IMG/VR virus record: IMGVR_UViG_3300021495_000007
Source of the DNA: a virus
Reading direction: 5' to 3' (one strand)
DNA: 53,435 nt
The translations under genes and the position numbers were made by a program. Positions 34,520 to 44,843 of the stretch are shown one piece after another. The notes beneath the pieces are model-generated. The model was not told where the DNA came from, ran no database searches, and saw only the letters and a list, made by a program, of their open reading frames with translations. How positions within the stretch are numbered: position 1 is the first letter of the stretch; each line of letters opens with the position of its first letter.

Positions 34520-36603
34520 AAATAAGCATCACGCCATTTCAATTTCATAGTAGCATCGTTATTAAGATTCTTATACCCTATAAATATCTTATTTGCTTTG
34601 TTTGGATAAAGATAAACGAAACCTTTATTTGCAAAATTTACTGGCGAACGAATTTCCATATTTGTTATTGAAGTATAAGTAGTAGCTACTAAATGCAAAT
34701 AGAAATGGTCTTTTCCCAAAAGATTACAACCACTATTATAAATAGGAAACATATATGGAGAATTTGCAAACACTACTTTATACATGTAATTAGTATCAGT
34801 TGTACTGTTAAGAGAAATATAAGCATTTACATCTCCACTACCACTCCAATGCCCTTCAGGAAAGTTAGCAAATGGTGCTAAAGAGTATAATCCGAATTGA
34901 ACCCATTCACCCGAATCTAAAATTATTTGTGAAGAATAAACACTTGCACCCGATGCCTTAGCTACTACACAATCATCGACGTGCCCACTTTCAAAAGGAT
35001 TAAATCTATAATAATTAGAATCATTAAAATGACCATTTTCGCCTAAGAATGATTTTTCAAAAACTAATTCAGTGCTTCTATCTAATAAACTTCTAATTTT
35101 GAAATTCTTTACAGGAGTTTTGTATTTCACTTGTGATACTATAGTTTCAGAATTATGAGTGACATTAAATATTTGTTCCCCTGCGATTGTTCTTTCATAA
35201 AAAATTAATCCATCACCAGTAGTAGAAGACTGATAAATATTCACTCTTGGTGCTGTACCTGTATATTCAGGATTTAGTTCAATAGCAAACGTATCAAAAC
35301 CGGATGGATTAAATCTCAACGTGTGACTGCCACTCCAATCACTCCCACTAATAGTTGTCTTTTTTAAAATCATATTTGGATTGAAAGAGCGATTATTGAC
35401 ATCACTCACTGAAGCTGGATAAATATTTACATACATATAACCACTAAAATCAGAAGATCCATAGAAGGTTATTTCAACAGGAGCGTGATTATCCACTTCG
35501 GGAATTTGAAATACTGAAACTATAGAATAACCATCAAATCCCATCAGTAGTTGGTCTATGCCGATCATTGATTCACAATAGGATGCATCCCTACTTAAAC
35601 TTCCATCCTTATATCCTATGAGGATGGGAGAACCATCATAGTTTTTAATAGGAATAAATTTAGCATCTCCTTCATTTTGGATTGTTGACTGTATTACTCG
35701 CCATTCACTTAAATTCTTATCCCAGACAGACAAACTCCATCCTCCGGGTTTTCCATGAAAGAGAAATAAACATTGTCCTGCAAACCGAATGCTCTCCCAT
35801 AGTTTGAGAAAGTTTATTTTCACCACGATATCCCTATTAACTGCATCGGAAGATGAAAGCTGTATAAAATTAGCAACATACGGGACGTGAATAGGAAGTC
35901 GGTTATAAAACAATTCGGAATCAGCAACTTCTAATTTTTCCTTTTCTCCTTTATCAAGAACTCTCCACATCCACCTACTCTCATTTTCGTAGCTTGGAAA
36001 AAGAATTCCATTTTCTTCAAACCAACTAACATTAGGAATATTTGTTAATGCTTTTATATTGCAATTACTTGTTTTGATCGAACCATAACCCGTTATTTCA
36101 TAAGATTTACCAGTTGAAGAATAACTCTTTGTTGTAGACGCTAACCGATAACTTTCTATTGCGAATCCTAATGGTGTTTTGACTTCTCCATTGACATTTA
36201 TAGTTAATTCTTTTGATGTACTATCTAAATTAAATGATAGGGAATTTTCATTTGGAGAATATTTGTAAGGATCAGCAATTATGAATTCTAATTCTACTTC
36301 TTTATCATGAACAATAGGTGCTTCTAATCGTGAATTTCTTCTATTGAATTCAACATACTGAATATATCCATCATATCTTCGTAATTTTAATATATCTGCA
36401 CTATGCAATTCTTGTATTAATGAACTTAGATTTTCAGTAAAGGCTCTAATTCTTAGAGTAGCAGCAGTTACTTCTTGTGAAACAAAACTACCAGTTTCTC
36501 CTGTAAATTTAGCATGAGTAGTAGCAAGAGTAGTATCTTCATCAAACTCTACTGCTTTAAAAGTTACATTTCCCACCTGCCAAACCGAACTAATATTCGT
36601 CAT
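34516..36603 (-). CDS. Distal-tail (Dit)-like protein with large insertion
   Basis: FIIADPYKYS motif; N- and C-terminal framing shared with 36600-38912. Confidence 0.55.
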   Translation of the reverse strand: MTNISSVWQVGNVTFKAVEFDEDTTLATTHAKFTGETGSFVSQEVTAATLRIRAFTENLSSLIQELHSADILKLRRYDGYIQYVEFNRRNSRLEAPIVHDKEVELEFIIADPYKYSPNENSLSFNLDSTSKELTINVNGEVKTPLGFAIESYRLASTTKSYSSTGKSYEITGYGSIKTSNCNIKALTNIPNVSWFEENGILFPSYENESRWMWRVLDKGEKEKLEVADSELFYNRLPIHVPYVANFIQLSSSDAVNRDIVVKINFLKLWESIRFAGQCLFLFHGKPGGWSLSVWDKNLSEWRVIQSTIQNEGDAKFIPIKNYDGSPILIGYKDGSLSRDASYCESMIGIDQLLMGFDGYSIVSVFQIPEVDNHAPVEITFYGSSDFSGYMYVNIYPASVSDVNNRSFNPNMILKKTTISGSDWSGSHTLRFNPSGFDTFAIELNPEYTGTAPRVNIYQSSTTGDGLIFYERTIAGEQIFNVTHNSETIVSQVKYKTPVKNFKIRSLLDRSTELVFEKSFLGENGHFNDSNYYRFNPFESGHVDDCVVAKASGASVYSSQIILDSGEWVQFGLYSLAPFANFPEGHWSGSGDVNAYISLNSTTDTNYMYKVVFANSPYMFPIYNSGCNLLGKDHFYLHLVATTYTSITNMEIRSPVNFANKGFVYLYPNKANKIFIGYKNLNNDATMKLKWRDAYL

Positions 36604-38912
36604 GTATAATAAGCAGCTCTATACTCAACATGTAAATCTACATCAATATCTTTATCTTTTGAATAATAATAAGTAGTAGGACCGTCAGGAACAGCCCAGG
36701 GGAGAGGATTATAGACACTACCTAAATCACAACTAATATGAAGTGCAGAAAAACTCCCCCCTTCAAGCTTAAGAAAGAATCGTTCGAGACCTCGTAAATC
36801 TATTTCGGATGAACCTATATAGCCTGTATGATTGGGAACAAAACTCACTTCATAGAAATCTTCATTATTACCTGAAACATAAGCATGAGAAACACTTCCT
36901 GCTAAATAAAACGTAGGAACTTCAATGATAGGTAAATTAGGTGAGATCAAATAAGTTATAGAACCACTCCCTAAATTTACAAGAGATGGTGATATACTTA
37001 CTTCACCCATTTTTTCGTAGTAACTATCATATATATTTTCGAATGGATTAAATGTGAATTTATCACCCACCTTAGCATTCAATTCGTAATGACCTTGAAT
37101 CCAAGGTCCTTGTAATCGTGTAACTCTATAAGGCTCTAATTCATCATGAATTTCAACAACCCTTAAAGTTTCTATCTGACTGTACTCCTTTATTATTGAT
37201 TTTCCTGAATGAGTAGCTCTCACATACTGAGTAGTTTCTTTCTGCTTACCATATATTCTCGTATCTACTTCAATTTCTCCACCACATATCTCCAATGTTT
37301 TTGCACCTGCCATATTGTATAATTCTACCCCTGGAAGCGTGCCTGCATTCAATAGTTCTTCTTTCAATTGAATGAGAATTCCTATATATGAAGCATCGGG
37401 CAAATAGTCTATAGATGCCAGCGGTATCAAATGAGTGCCAGACCATTCATTACTCGGAATTTCAATTGTACGATACACAAACTCTCCTATCGCATCTGAA
37501 GCAGCATTAACAATATGAATTTGTACTGTATTGTTCGGGATATTATTTATACCTTTTATGATAGCATATTGTAATATCTCATAGTCACGAGGAATAATAG
37601 TAGCAAGTCTATGCTCTTTTCTAAATACTCGCATGCGTAGGTAGTTAGTGCCTGTTGACATTGCAGCATAAGTTGTATTTTTAGTATAGCGCTGGCGGTC
37701 AATTACTAAATCCCAGCCTCTATCACACTCATTAGGACTACATATTATACCTGTTTTTTGATCATAGAAGAGAAACATCATGCCACCATTTACAGTTAGC
37801 GAACTCGAATAATTGAGAGTTAAGTCAAGATGTTTTATACCAGAATCTCCAGACCTGGGATGCGCATTTCTGACTGCTAAGGGAAACCATGAACCATTAG
37901 AAGAATCCCATGCATATACATTCACACCATCTATATAATCATCGAAGTGACCAAATACTACAGGAACTCGAAAATCACCCAGTATCTGAATCCTGTCTAT
38001 ATTAGTATCACCTTTAAAATCCATAAAAATAGCTCCTGCTGCTGCTGTCAATCGTTCGGTTAACTCCCTCACATTACAATGAGGGCATGTACATGGTATA
38101 TACGTATATGCAGTTCCAGTCAAAGGAAAATCGTAGCAATAATCATCTTTTAACCATAAAAACTGAATTATATCAGGATGATTTAAACTATGAGGCGATG
38201 GTTGAATACCCCATGTCCACTTAACTTCTCCATCTCCACACGGAATTGTTCCTGTTGTTGAATTAAGTGGAGGAAGAATATAATTCCACTGCCAATCAAA
38301 ATTATCCCAAAAATCTTTCCATCGAGGAATAAAAATATGATGCATGTAAAGATGATCAAATCCGAGCTGGTCTTTTCTACCAAATAACAAATAACTACCA
38401 GTATCAGAACCAGTAACAGTTTTCTTATTTACACCATAAACATCAAAATGAAGACTTATAGGAGTTTTAGTATCGCCAATGACTGCTGGCAGATTAAATG
38501 AACCACTTTCACTTGTTAATGCTCGACTTGCTTCAAATTTTTTACCATAGCGTAATGGATCAGTTGAAAGTACATCAACATCTACAATATATAAGTCCTC
38601 GATTTTCCCAGCTTGCATAGGATGTTTATGGATATGAGTAGGAACACCATAAAACTTTGTAGATTCATTATATCCAAATTCTATTTCTTCATGTTTGTAT
38701 AATTCTTGAAGAAGATTGCGATATTGTGAATTATTCTCTACAAATAAAGTAAAATGATGCTCAGTAGGAAATAATCCTAAATCTTGATAATCATTCCTGT
38801 TTCTACCTAATATATCAATAGGCACATTCCCAGTTCTATAATCACATTCATAACTTATCACCATTGCACTCGCATTATTTCCGAATGTCACAACAGATGC
38901 ATTCTCTACCAT
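36600..38912 (-). CDS. Distal-tail (Dit)-like protein with large insertion
   Basis: Directly after the TMP; VLSTDPLRYG motif. Confidence 0.55.
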   Translation of the reverse strand: MVENASVVTFGNNASAMVISYECDYRTGNVPIDILGRNRNDYQDLGLFPTEHHFTLFVENNSQYRNLLQELYKHEEIEFGYNESTKFYGVPTHIHKHPMQAGKIEDLYIVDVDVLSTDPLRYGKKFEASRALTSESGSFNLPAVIGDTKTPISLHFDVYGVNKKTVTGSDTGSYLLFGRKDQLGFDHLYMHHIFIPRWKDFWDNFDWQWNYILPPLNSTTGTIPCGDGEVKWTWGIQPSPHSLNHPDIIQFLWLKDDYCYDFPLTGTAYTYIPCTCPHCNVRELTERLTAAAGAIFMDFKGDTNIDRIQILGDFRVPVVFGHFDDYIDGVNVYAWDSSNGSWFPLAVRNAHPRSGDSGIKHLDLTLNYSSSLTVNGGMMFLFYDQKTGIICSPNECDRGWDLVIDRQRYTKNTTYAAMSTGTNYLRMRVFRKEHRLATIIPRDYEILQYAIIKGINNIPNNTVQIHIVNAASDAIGEFVYRTIEIPSNEWSGTHLIPLASIDYLPDASYIGILIQLKEELLNAGTLPGVELYNMAGAKTLEICGGEIEVDTRIYGKQKETTQYVRATHSGKSIIKEYSQIETLRVVEIHDELEPYRVTRLQGPWIQGHYELNAKVGDKFTFNPFENIYDSYYEKMGEVSISPSLVNLGSGSITYLISPNLPIIEVPTFYLAGSVSHAYVSGNNEDFYEVSFVPNHTGYIGSSEIDLRGLERFFLKLEGGSFSALHISCDLGSVYNPLPWAVPDGPTTYYYSKDKDIDVDLHVEYRAAYYT

Positions 38913-38921
38913 CTAATCACC

Positions 38922-41900
38922 TCAAAATACGGATCTGATCGCTTTACCTATTTCTGTTCTTATTATTTCTTTTAAGCTTTCTTTGTCAACTCCTTTTGGT
39001 GGCTGACCTTCGAATTTCATGTTTATATCTACTTGGTGTTTTTGTGTTACAGTAGTTCCTGCTGGTATAGTAGGAGTCGGTACTGGAGTTGGTACCACTT
39101 CAGTTTGTGCAGCTATAGTTTGATTTCCTATACCCTTCGATACTCCTTCACTAATGTTGTTTACTAATTCTTTAGAGGTTGTTTCTATGCCTCCTGTAAC
39201 TGTAACAGTTGATTCTAAATTCTCTCCGAACAAATTTAATATTTTTTTACCCTCTTTATCGAGCTCTATATTGAGAGTGATTGGTTCACTTTCTATTTGT
39301 TTTATTGCCTCATTCCAGTCTTCCATGAAACTTTCACTATTTAAATCTAATGTTAGCTCTTTTTCGGTATCTATAGTGTTTACTTTGTTAACGAAATCAT
39401 CTATTCGCTCAAATAAATCATTCCATGTCTCGACATTCAATAATTCCTTGAGATCATCAGATAGCGTCATGCTTTTTAATTGCATATCCATGGTATTTAA
39501 GTTCTCCATAGCATATTTTATAGCCTCAGGAAGAGTTTTTGTTAGAGTAACTTCAGGAGCTTCAGCCCCGCCCTCTTGAGCTTTCTTTATTATTTCTTTT
39601 ATATCCTCGGGAAGCTTACCTGATTTCTCTTCGACCTCATCATATATATCAAGAATGTCTTTAAATGATTGCTCACTGCTTTTCGATAATGACTTAGGTA
39701 CACCATAAATATCATGGAGTGACGATGTTATACCCGAAGATGCTTTATCCCATTGAGACTCTAAATCTCCAACTCCAACTGTACTTTCTCGGATTAATCG
39801 TAGATTACCAGTTACCCACCTCCATGCTTCTTTATATGCTTCTCGTTCTTCATCGGTGGTTGCTTTCATAGATTTTCTCTTTAATTTTTCTGCGAGTATA
39901 CGAGCTTTTACCGCCCCCTCTACTATTTTTTCTGAAGCTGCTGTTTTATCACCCTGTTTTGCATACTTTATACTTTGTTTAACCAGTCTCCCGATTGCAT
40001 CAACTTCATCATCATATTGATTTATAACTTGACGAGTAATACCAGTTGCTTTTTCTTCTATATCTTTCACTTCGTCCCATGTATCATACATTCCGGAATA
40101 AGCACCAGCTAAATCTAAAGAAACATCATATAAATCACGGGAGGAACGAGTAAGGTCATCAAAAGATCTTTTTAATTCATTGTTTAAGTTTTTTAAATCA
40201 ACTTCAGCTTTTATTACATTTAAAATCGCTCCTACTACTTTTGAATACTGAATCTGTAATTTCTCGTTACTGGTAAGATATATGTTTGTTAGTTTATCTC
40301 TATCTTCTAATATTTTATTGCCTTTGAACCAAGTGTCAGCAAGATTCTTATCTACTATCACCCATTTATTACCCATCCATATAAGATCATGACCAGTTTT
40401 TAATAGGGCTTCTCGTACTTCGACGCCATTTTTACCTATCTTGATTGATGTGCCATGAGCTTTATTATAATTTTTAATTGTTCTTACTACATTTTTGTAT
40501 GTTAATGAAGCTTCGTCATTTAGTGCTATTTCCGCTCGTCTCGCTTGTGCTTGCTTATCCCATAATTCTAATTCTTCTTCTCCAAATCTTCTTTTCTCCC
40601 TAAATATATTCTGAAGATCCCTGAAATTCTTGAACTCTTCATCCGTTAAAACGCTTCGACTATTATATTCATCAATTATAGCATCTGCAGTTTTACGCGC
40701 TAATGAAATACTAATCATATCAACTTTTGTTAATTCTTCTTTTCGCTTGCTTTCATCTTTTATACTGTCAGTAATATGCTGCCTCAATTTAGGCTCTATT
40801 TCTAACCACTCATCATATTCCTTAATAGTTTGTAAATGATCATTACTAACATTATTTTGCTGACGTACCCATTTAACACCTTCTCTTAATGCAATATTTC
40901 TTTGATCCCACAACTTACTTTCGAATTCAAATGCTTTAGTCGCATCTCGTGCAGATTCTTTCATTTCTTCCATGCCTTCAATGAGGACTCTTTGTGGAGT
41001 ATTAAACCCTTCTAAGACTGAACGAAAATCAACAGAAAACAATTTGCCAAAAACTTTAGCATTCTCAACAATAGCTTTTGTTCCAAGTGCTATATAAGAA
41101 AAGAGTGCTTTATATACTGGAGGTAATTTTCCTATGTTCTCACCTAATCTGTTTATCTCCTGAACATAAACATCAGTAGCGGTAGTAGCGCTATCCATTT
41201 CGTCATTCAATTTATTAATCAATTCGGCAGCTGCAGCTAACTGCTCTTCCACAGCTACCAATACACTCTTAAAACCAAGTAGAGTAGGTTGTAAGGCATC
41301 ACCCAATTCTCGCCTTGCAGCCTCAGCTCTGTTCTGAAACACTTGTAACTTTGCAGAAGTTTTAGTAATAGCAATCGAATATTCTTTCTGTAGTGATGTA
41401 CCCCACTTAAGTTCTTCATGAGCAGTCTCCATATTCTTCACTAATTGTGGATAATTCTCAGCAAGTGTAGCGATAGCAAATCCTGCAATCTCTCCGAAAT
41501 GTTCATGCGCTTTCTCCATTCTCTGGACTCGTGAAGGTATTTCATTAAGCTTCTTAAGATACATCATTAGCGCTTGCATTGGATCTCTTTCCAACGCTTC
41601 TGCCCATGCCTTACCCTGGTCACCCATGAATTTGGTTATCTTAGATGCATTTGCAGCTAATTGCTGAAAAGTACGTCTCAATCGAGTACCAGCTCTTTCA
41701 CCTGCCATACCTGCTCCAACAAGTGTAGCAGATAATGCAGCTGCTTGGTCTACCGTAAAGCCCATCATCTTACCTGCAGCACCAATATTCTTCATTGCAG
41801 AAACTATCTCTTCAGTTGTAGCAGCAGTTGTGTTTTCAAGTTCATTAATGATAGCACCCAATTTTTCAATTTCAGCGATAGGTAGTCCAAAAGCCTCACG

Positions 41901-43421
41901 TATTTTTGCTAATGCTTCTGCTGCTTGATCTGCTGTAAGAGTTGTAGCTATACTCAACTTTGCAACAGTTTTAGTAAAGGAAAGTAAGTTTTGAGTACCT
42001 GAAATACCCAAGCGTCCAGCCTCACTTGCTATACTTGCTAACGCCGTAGCAGCCATTGGTACATCTTTACTTAGTTTTGTTAATGCATCTCCTAATTCAT
42101 TCATTTGATCAATTGTCAAATTGGCTGTCTTTCTTACCTCAAATAATGCATCCTGGAAAGAAATAAAAGGATTGAATAGCCAATCAGCTACCTGACCTAT
42201 AGTTCGTAGTGCAGCGTCAAGTAGAAACACGGGACCAAGGACTGTAAGGAATCCCATGCCAACTTTCTTAACCAAGCCACCGATTTTTTCGAGACCAAGA
42301 CCAAATTTACCCCAAGTTGTACCATGTCTTTTGAGACTCCTGTCCACTGTTAATATAGCACTGTTTTGCATCTTTGTTGTAGCATCAAGTTCTTTTCCTA
42401 ATAACCGAGCTGTTTCTATTTGACGTACACGTGCCTTAAGTTGTTCTTGTAATGATTTATTAACTGCATTTATGCCTCGTTTTTCAATTTCTGCTGCAGC
42501 TTTCATCTGTAATGCAGCTAATCTACCTGATTTAACTTCCTCTCTGAAAATTCTTGAATTGGAATTCAATAAGATATTAAGGAACTTATTGGCATTTGTC
42601 TGCTTTTCTAATTCATTAGTTACTATTTTAAATGAAGACGCAGCACCTCTTTGCGTGTTAGCCATGCGTTTGGACGCAGCTGCTATTTTATCTATCACTT
42701 TACCAAACGACGAATACTGTTTGACTGCCTTCTTGAAACTTTCCGTATCACTCCGATGCCATTTATGAGAACGCTGTAAAGAATCGCTAAGTTTATCGTA
42801 GTTTTGTGCAGTAGATTGAACTACCTTAGAACCTGAACGCTGTATTTTATAAGTTCGTTGTAAAGTACTACTCAGCTTATCATAATTTCCAGAGGCAGAA
42901 CGCATAACATCAGCATTAAATTTCTGCCACTTACCAGTATCTTGTAGCGTCTTACTAAGCTTATCATAATTCTTGACAGAAGCACTAATTATTTTTGAAG
43001 AAGCTTTCTGCTGCTGGTAATTTGCTTGGAGAGAATCACTAAATTTATCGTAATTCCTAAGTGTAGACTGAATAGTCTCTGCATTTGACTTTTGCCACTT
43101 ACTGGTTTCTCGCAAAGACTGATCAAGTTTACTATAATATGAAGTAGAAGACTGAATAGCTTTTGCTGATGTCACATGGTGTTTCGCAACATTCTGAGTA
43201 GATGTAGCTAATTTAGAGTTTGCATCATATACACCTTGAAGTTTCTTCTCTAATCCACTAAACAGTGGTGTGAAATTTCGGAATGAATCTCTATAAGCAT
43301 TAGAAATCACTTTAGTGCTACGAGCCAACTTTGTTATCCGTGCTTGTAGCCTTTGGAGAGTACGGTCTACAACTCCCGCACCAGTTATACTAAGTCCTAC
43401 ATTATATTCATAATCAGGCAA
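38922..43421 (-). CDS. Tape measure protein (TP901-like core), TTG start
   Basis: 1499 aa, helical; core FQDALFEVRK...LSKDVPMAATALASIASEAGRLG...GERAGTRLR; follows the chaperone genes. Confidence 0.92.
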   Translation of the reverse strand: MPDYEYNVGLSITGAGVVDRTLQRLQARITKLARSTKVISNAYRDSFRNFTPLFSGLEKKLQGVYDANSKLATSTQNVAKHHVTSAKAIQSSTSYYSKLDQSLRETSKWQKSNAETIQSTLRNYDKFSDSLQANYQQQKASSKIISASVKNYDKLSKTLQDTGKWQKFNADVMRSASGNYDKLSSTLQRTYKIQRSGSKVVQSTAQNYDKLSDSLQRSHKWHRSDTESFKKAVKQYSSFGKVIDKIAAASKRMANTQRGAASSFKIVTNELEKQTNANKFLNILLNSNSRIFREEVKSGRLAALQMKAAAEIEKRGINAVNKSLQEQLKARVRQIETARLLGKELDATTKMQNSAILTVDRSLKRHGTTWGKFGLGLEKIGGLVKKVGMGFLTVLGPVFLLDAALRTIGQVADWLFNPFISFQDALFEVRKTANLTIDQMNELGDALTKLSKDVPMAATALASIASEAGRLGISGTQNLLSFTKTVAKLSIATTLTADQAAEALAKIREAFGLPIAEIEKLGAIINELENTTAATTEEIVSAMKNIGAAGKMMGFTVDQAAALSATLVGAGMAGERAGTRLRRTFQQLAANASKITKFMGDQGKAWAEALERDPMQALMMYLKKLNEIPSRVQRMEKAHEHFGEIAGFAIATLAENYPQLVKNMETAHEELKWGTSLQKEYSIAITKTSAKLQVFQNRAEAARRELGDALQPTLLGFKSVLVAVEEQLAAAAELINKLNDEMDSATTATDVYVQEINRLGENIGKLPPVYKALFSYIALGTKAIVENAKVFGKLFSVDFRSVLEGFNTPQRVLIEGMEEMKESARDATKAFEFESKLWDQRNIALREGVKWVRQQNNVSNDHLQTIKEYDEWLEIEPKLRQHITDSIKDESKRKEELTKVDMISISLARKTADAIIDEYNSRSVLTDEEFKNFRDLQNIFREKRRFGEEELELWDKQAQARRAEIALNDEASLTYKNVVRTIKNYNKAHGTSIKIGKNGVEVREALLKTGHDLIWMGNKWVIVDKNLADTWFKGNKILEDRDKLTNIYLTSNEKLQIQYSKVVGAILNVIKAEVDLKNLNNELKRSFDDLTRSSRDLYDVSLDLAGAYSGMYDTWDEVKDIEEKATGITRQVINQYDDEVDAIGRLVKQSIKYAKQGDKTAASEKIVEGAVKARILAEKLKRKSMKATTDEEREAYKEAWRWVTGNLRLIRESTVGVGDLESQWDKASSGITSSLHDIYGVPKSLSKSSEQSFKDILDIYDEVEEKSGKLPEDIKEIIKKAQEGGAEAPEVTLTKTLPEAIKYAMENLNTMDMQLKSMTLSDDLKELLNVETWNDLFERIDDFVNKVNTIDTEKELTLDLNSESFMEDWNEAIKQIESEPITLNIELDKEGKKILNLFGENLESTVTVTGGIETTSKELVNNISEGVSKGIGNQTIAAQTEVVPTPVPTPTIPAGTTVTQKHQVDINMKFEGQPPKGVDKESLKEIIRTEIGKAIRSVF

Positions 43422-43431
43422 TTTTCCTAAA

Positions 43432-43725
43432 TTATTCTTCTGGTAATGTTACCCTTTCAAATATCAAATTGTGTAAGAAAATATAATCCTCTCTAAGAAA
43501 ATCTTCTATTTCTATATCTTTACCTATAATAGGTTCTTTCAAAAATGCCCTAAACAATGCATCAATTACTGGTTTTGTATATACTTCTTCTCTTGTAGGA
43601 TTTATCCCTAATTTATCTACTATTCTAAGTAGAGTATATGGTGTAATATTATTAACAGTAACTTCTAATCCACTTGGACATTTAATCTTTTTTGTATTCT
43701 TCTTTTTGTAATCTTCTATTTTCAT
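43432..43725 (-). CDS. Tail assembly chaperone paralog 2
   Basis: Aligns with 43928-44284 (YKK...PSGL...ALF.AF...EDF..ED). Confidence 0.65.
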   Translation of the reverse strand: MKIEDYKKKNTKKIKCPSGLEVTVNNITPYTLLRIVDKLGINPTREEVYTKPVIDALFRAFLKEPIIGKDIEIEDFLREDYIFLHNLIFERVTLPEE

Positions 43726-43922
43726 TTCAACAATCCCCTCCTTTTCATTTCTTCAATGCGTGCTAAATGAGATTCAAGCTCTTCACCACTCATAGTCTTA
43801 CTACCCTCTTCGGAACGAGCAGTTGCAACCAAAAAATCTAAATATATTCTTTCCATTAAACTCAAATCCCGATACGCATCTAACAGATCCGAGGGACGCA
43901 AACCAAAACGTTCACATACCAC
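43722..43922 (-). CDS. gpT-like chaperone extension, probably reached by -1 frameshift
   Basis: GTG start without RBS; its frame is open back through GGATTTTTC at the end of the upstream chaperone. Confidence 0.6.
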   Translation of the reverse strand: MVCERFGLRPSDLLDAYRDLSLMERIYLDFLVATARSEEGSKTMSGEELESHLARIEEMKRRGLLK

Positions 43923-43927
43923 TCGGA

Positions 43928-44284
43928 TCAGGTAGAAAAATCCTTGTTATCATCTCTAATCTCCTCAAGCTCTTTGGCATCTGATAAACTAATTTGTTTT
44001 ATAATAGTCGCAAGAATAGCCTTGAAATCTTCAGATGTGAAATCCTCAACTGTCATCTCATCAGGTATAACTGGAGAAACTATAAATGCTTTAAAGAGAG
44101 CTTCGATATGTGCAGGAGAAAAGTAGTCATCGCCATCATCTTTGAATTGCTTTCTTATCTTTAGATGCACGAGTGGCGAGATGTCTTTGGTTTTTATTAT
44201 TAGACCCGAAGGCAATTTATAGTCTTTAATCTTCCCTTTCTTGTATTCTTCAAGATTCATTTGTTCATCTCCAAATAAATGCAA
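43928..44284 (-). CDS. Tail assembly chaperone (gpG-like) paralog 1
   Basis: Between tail tube and TMP; start likely MNLEEY after GGAG. Confidence 0.7.
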   Translation of the reverse strand: MHLFGDEQMNLEEYKKGKIKDYKLPSGLIIKTKDISPLVHLKIRKQFKDDGDDYFSPAHIEALFKAFIVSPVIPDEMTVEDFTSEDFKAILATIIKQISLSDAKELEEIRDDNKDFST

Positions 44285-44311
44285 TAAATATATTGTTATG
44301 CAATATTAGAA

Positions 44312-44797
44312 TTAGTGTGTTGATATGTTAGTAGCATCATAATCTACCGACTCAGTGACCAAATCACCAGCAGCTGTGGATGTTCTATATGAATGGAATT
44401 TAACACCATAGATTACCCTATTGTAATCTGCAGAATTGCTACTCGATGTCGTATTCATCAAAATCTTACAAGACTGAAGACTCTCACCATACATACCGGT
44501 AGCAGCAAGTAAATCAAGATGACTGTTATTACCTGCATAAATGAATTCATTGTAAGTTGCATTTTTACTATATAGATTACGCTCTAATGTACCTGTGACC
44601 TCCTGCACACCTTCAATCATCGAAACAGCATCTCGTGAACCAACAACGAAAATTTTATCTATATCTACAGAAGTATCCATCGTAAGAGAATTCAGCAATG
44701 GATCTCTGCCATCGTGCCAGATACTTTCATTAGGAGCGGATTCTAATCCTATTCTAACTCGATTCTTCCAACCTTTGACAGCCCCAAATTCAGGCAT
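44312..44797 (-). CDS. Tail tube protein
   Basis: 161 aa, GGAGGT RBS, tube-like motif VGSR...EG...VTGTL, canonical position. Confidence 0.75.
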   Translation of the reverse strand: MPEFGAVKGWKNRVRIGLESAPNESIWHDGRDPLLNSLTMDTSVDIDKIFVVGSRDAVSMIEGVQEVTGTLERNLYSKNATYNEFIYAGNNSHLDLLAATGMYGESLQSCKILMNTTSSSNSADYNRVIYGVKFHSYRTSTAAGDLVTESVDYDATNISTH

Positions 44798-44843
44798 TTT
44801 AATCTACCTCCATACTATTTTTTATTGTTATTTTTAATATCAG

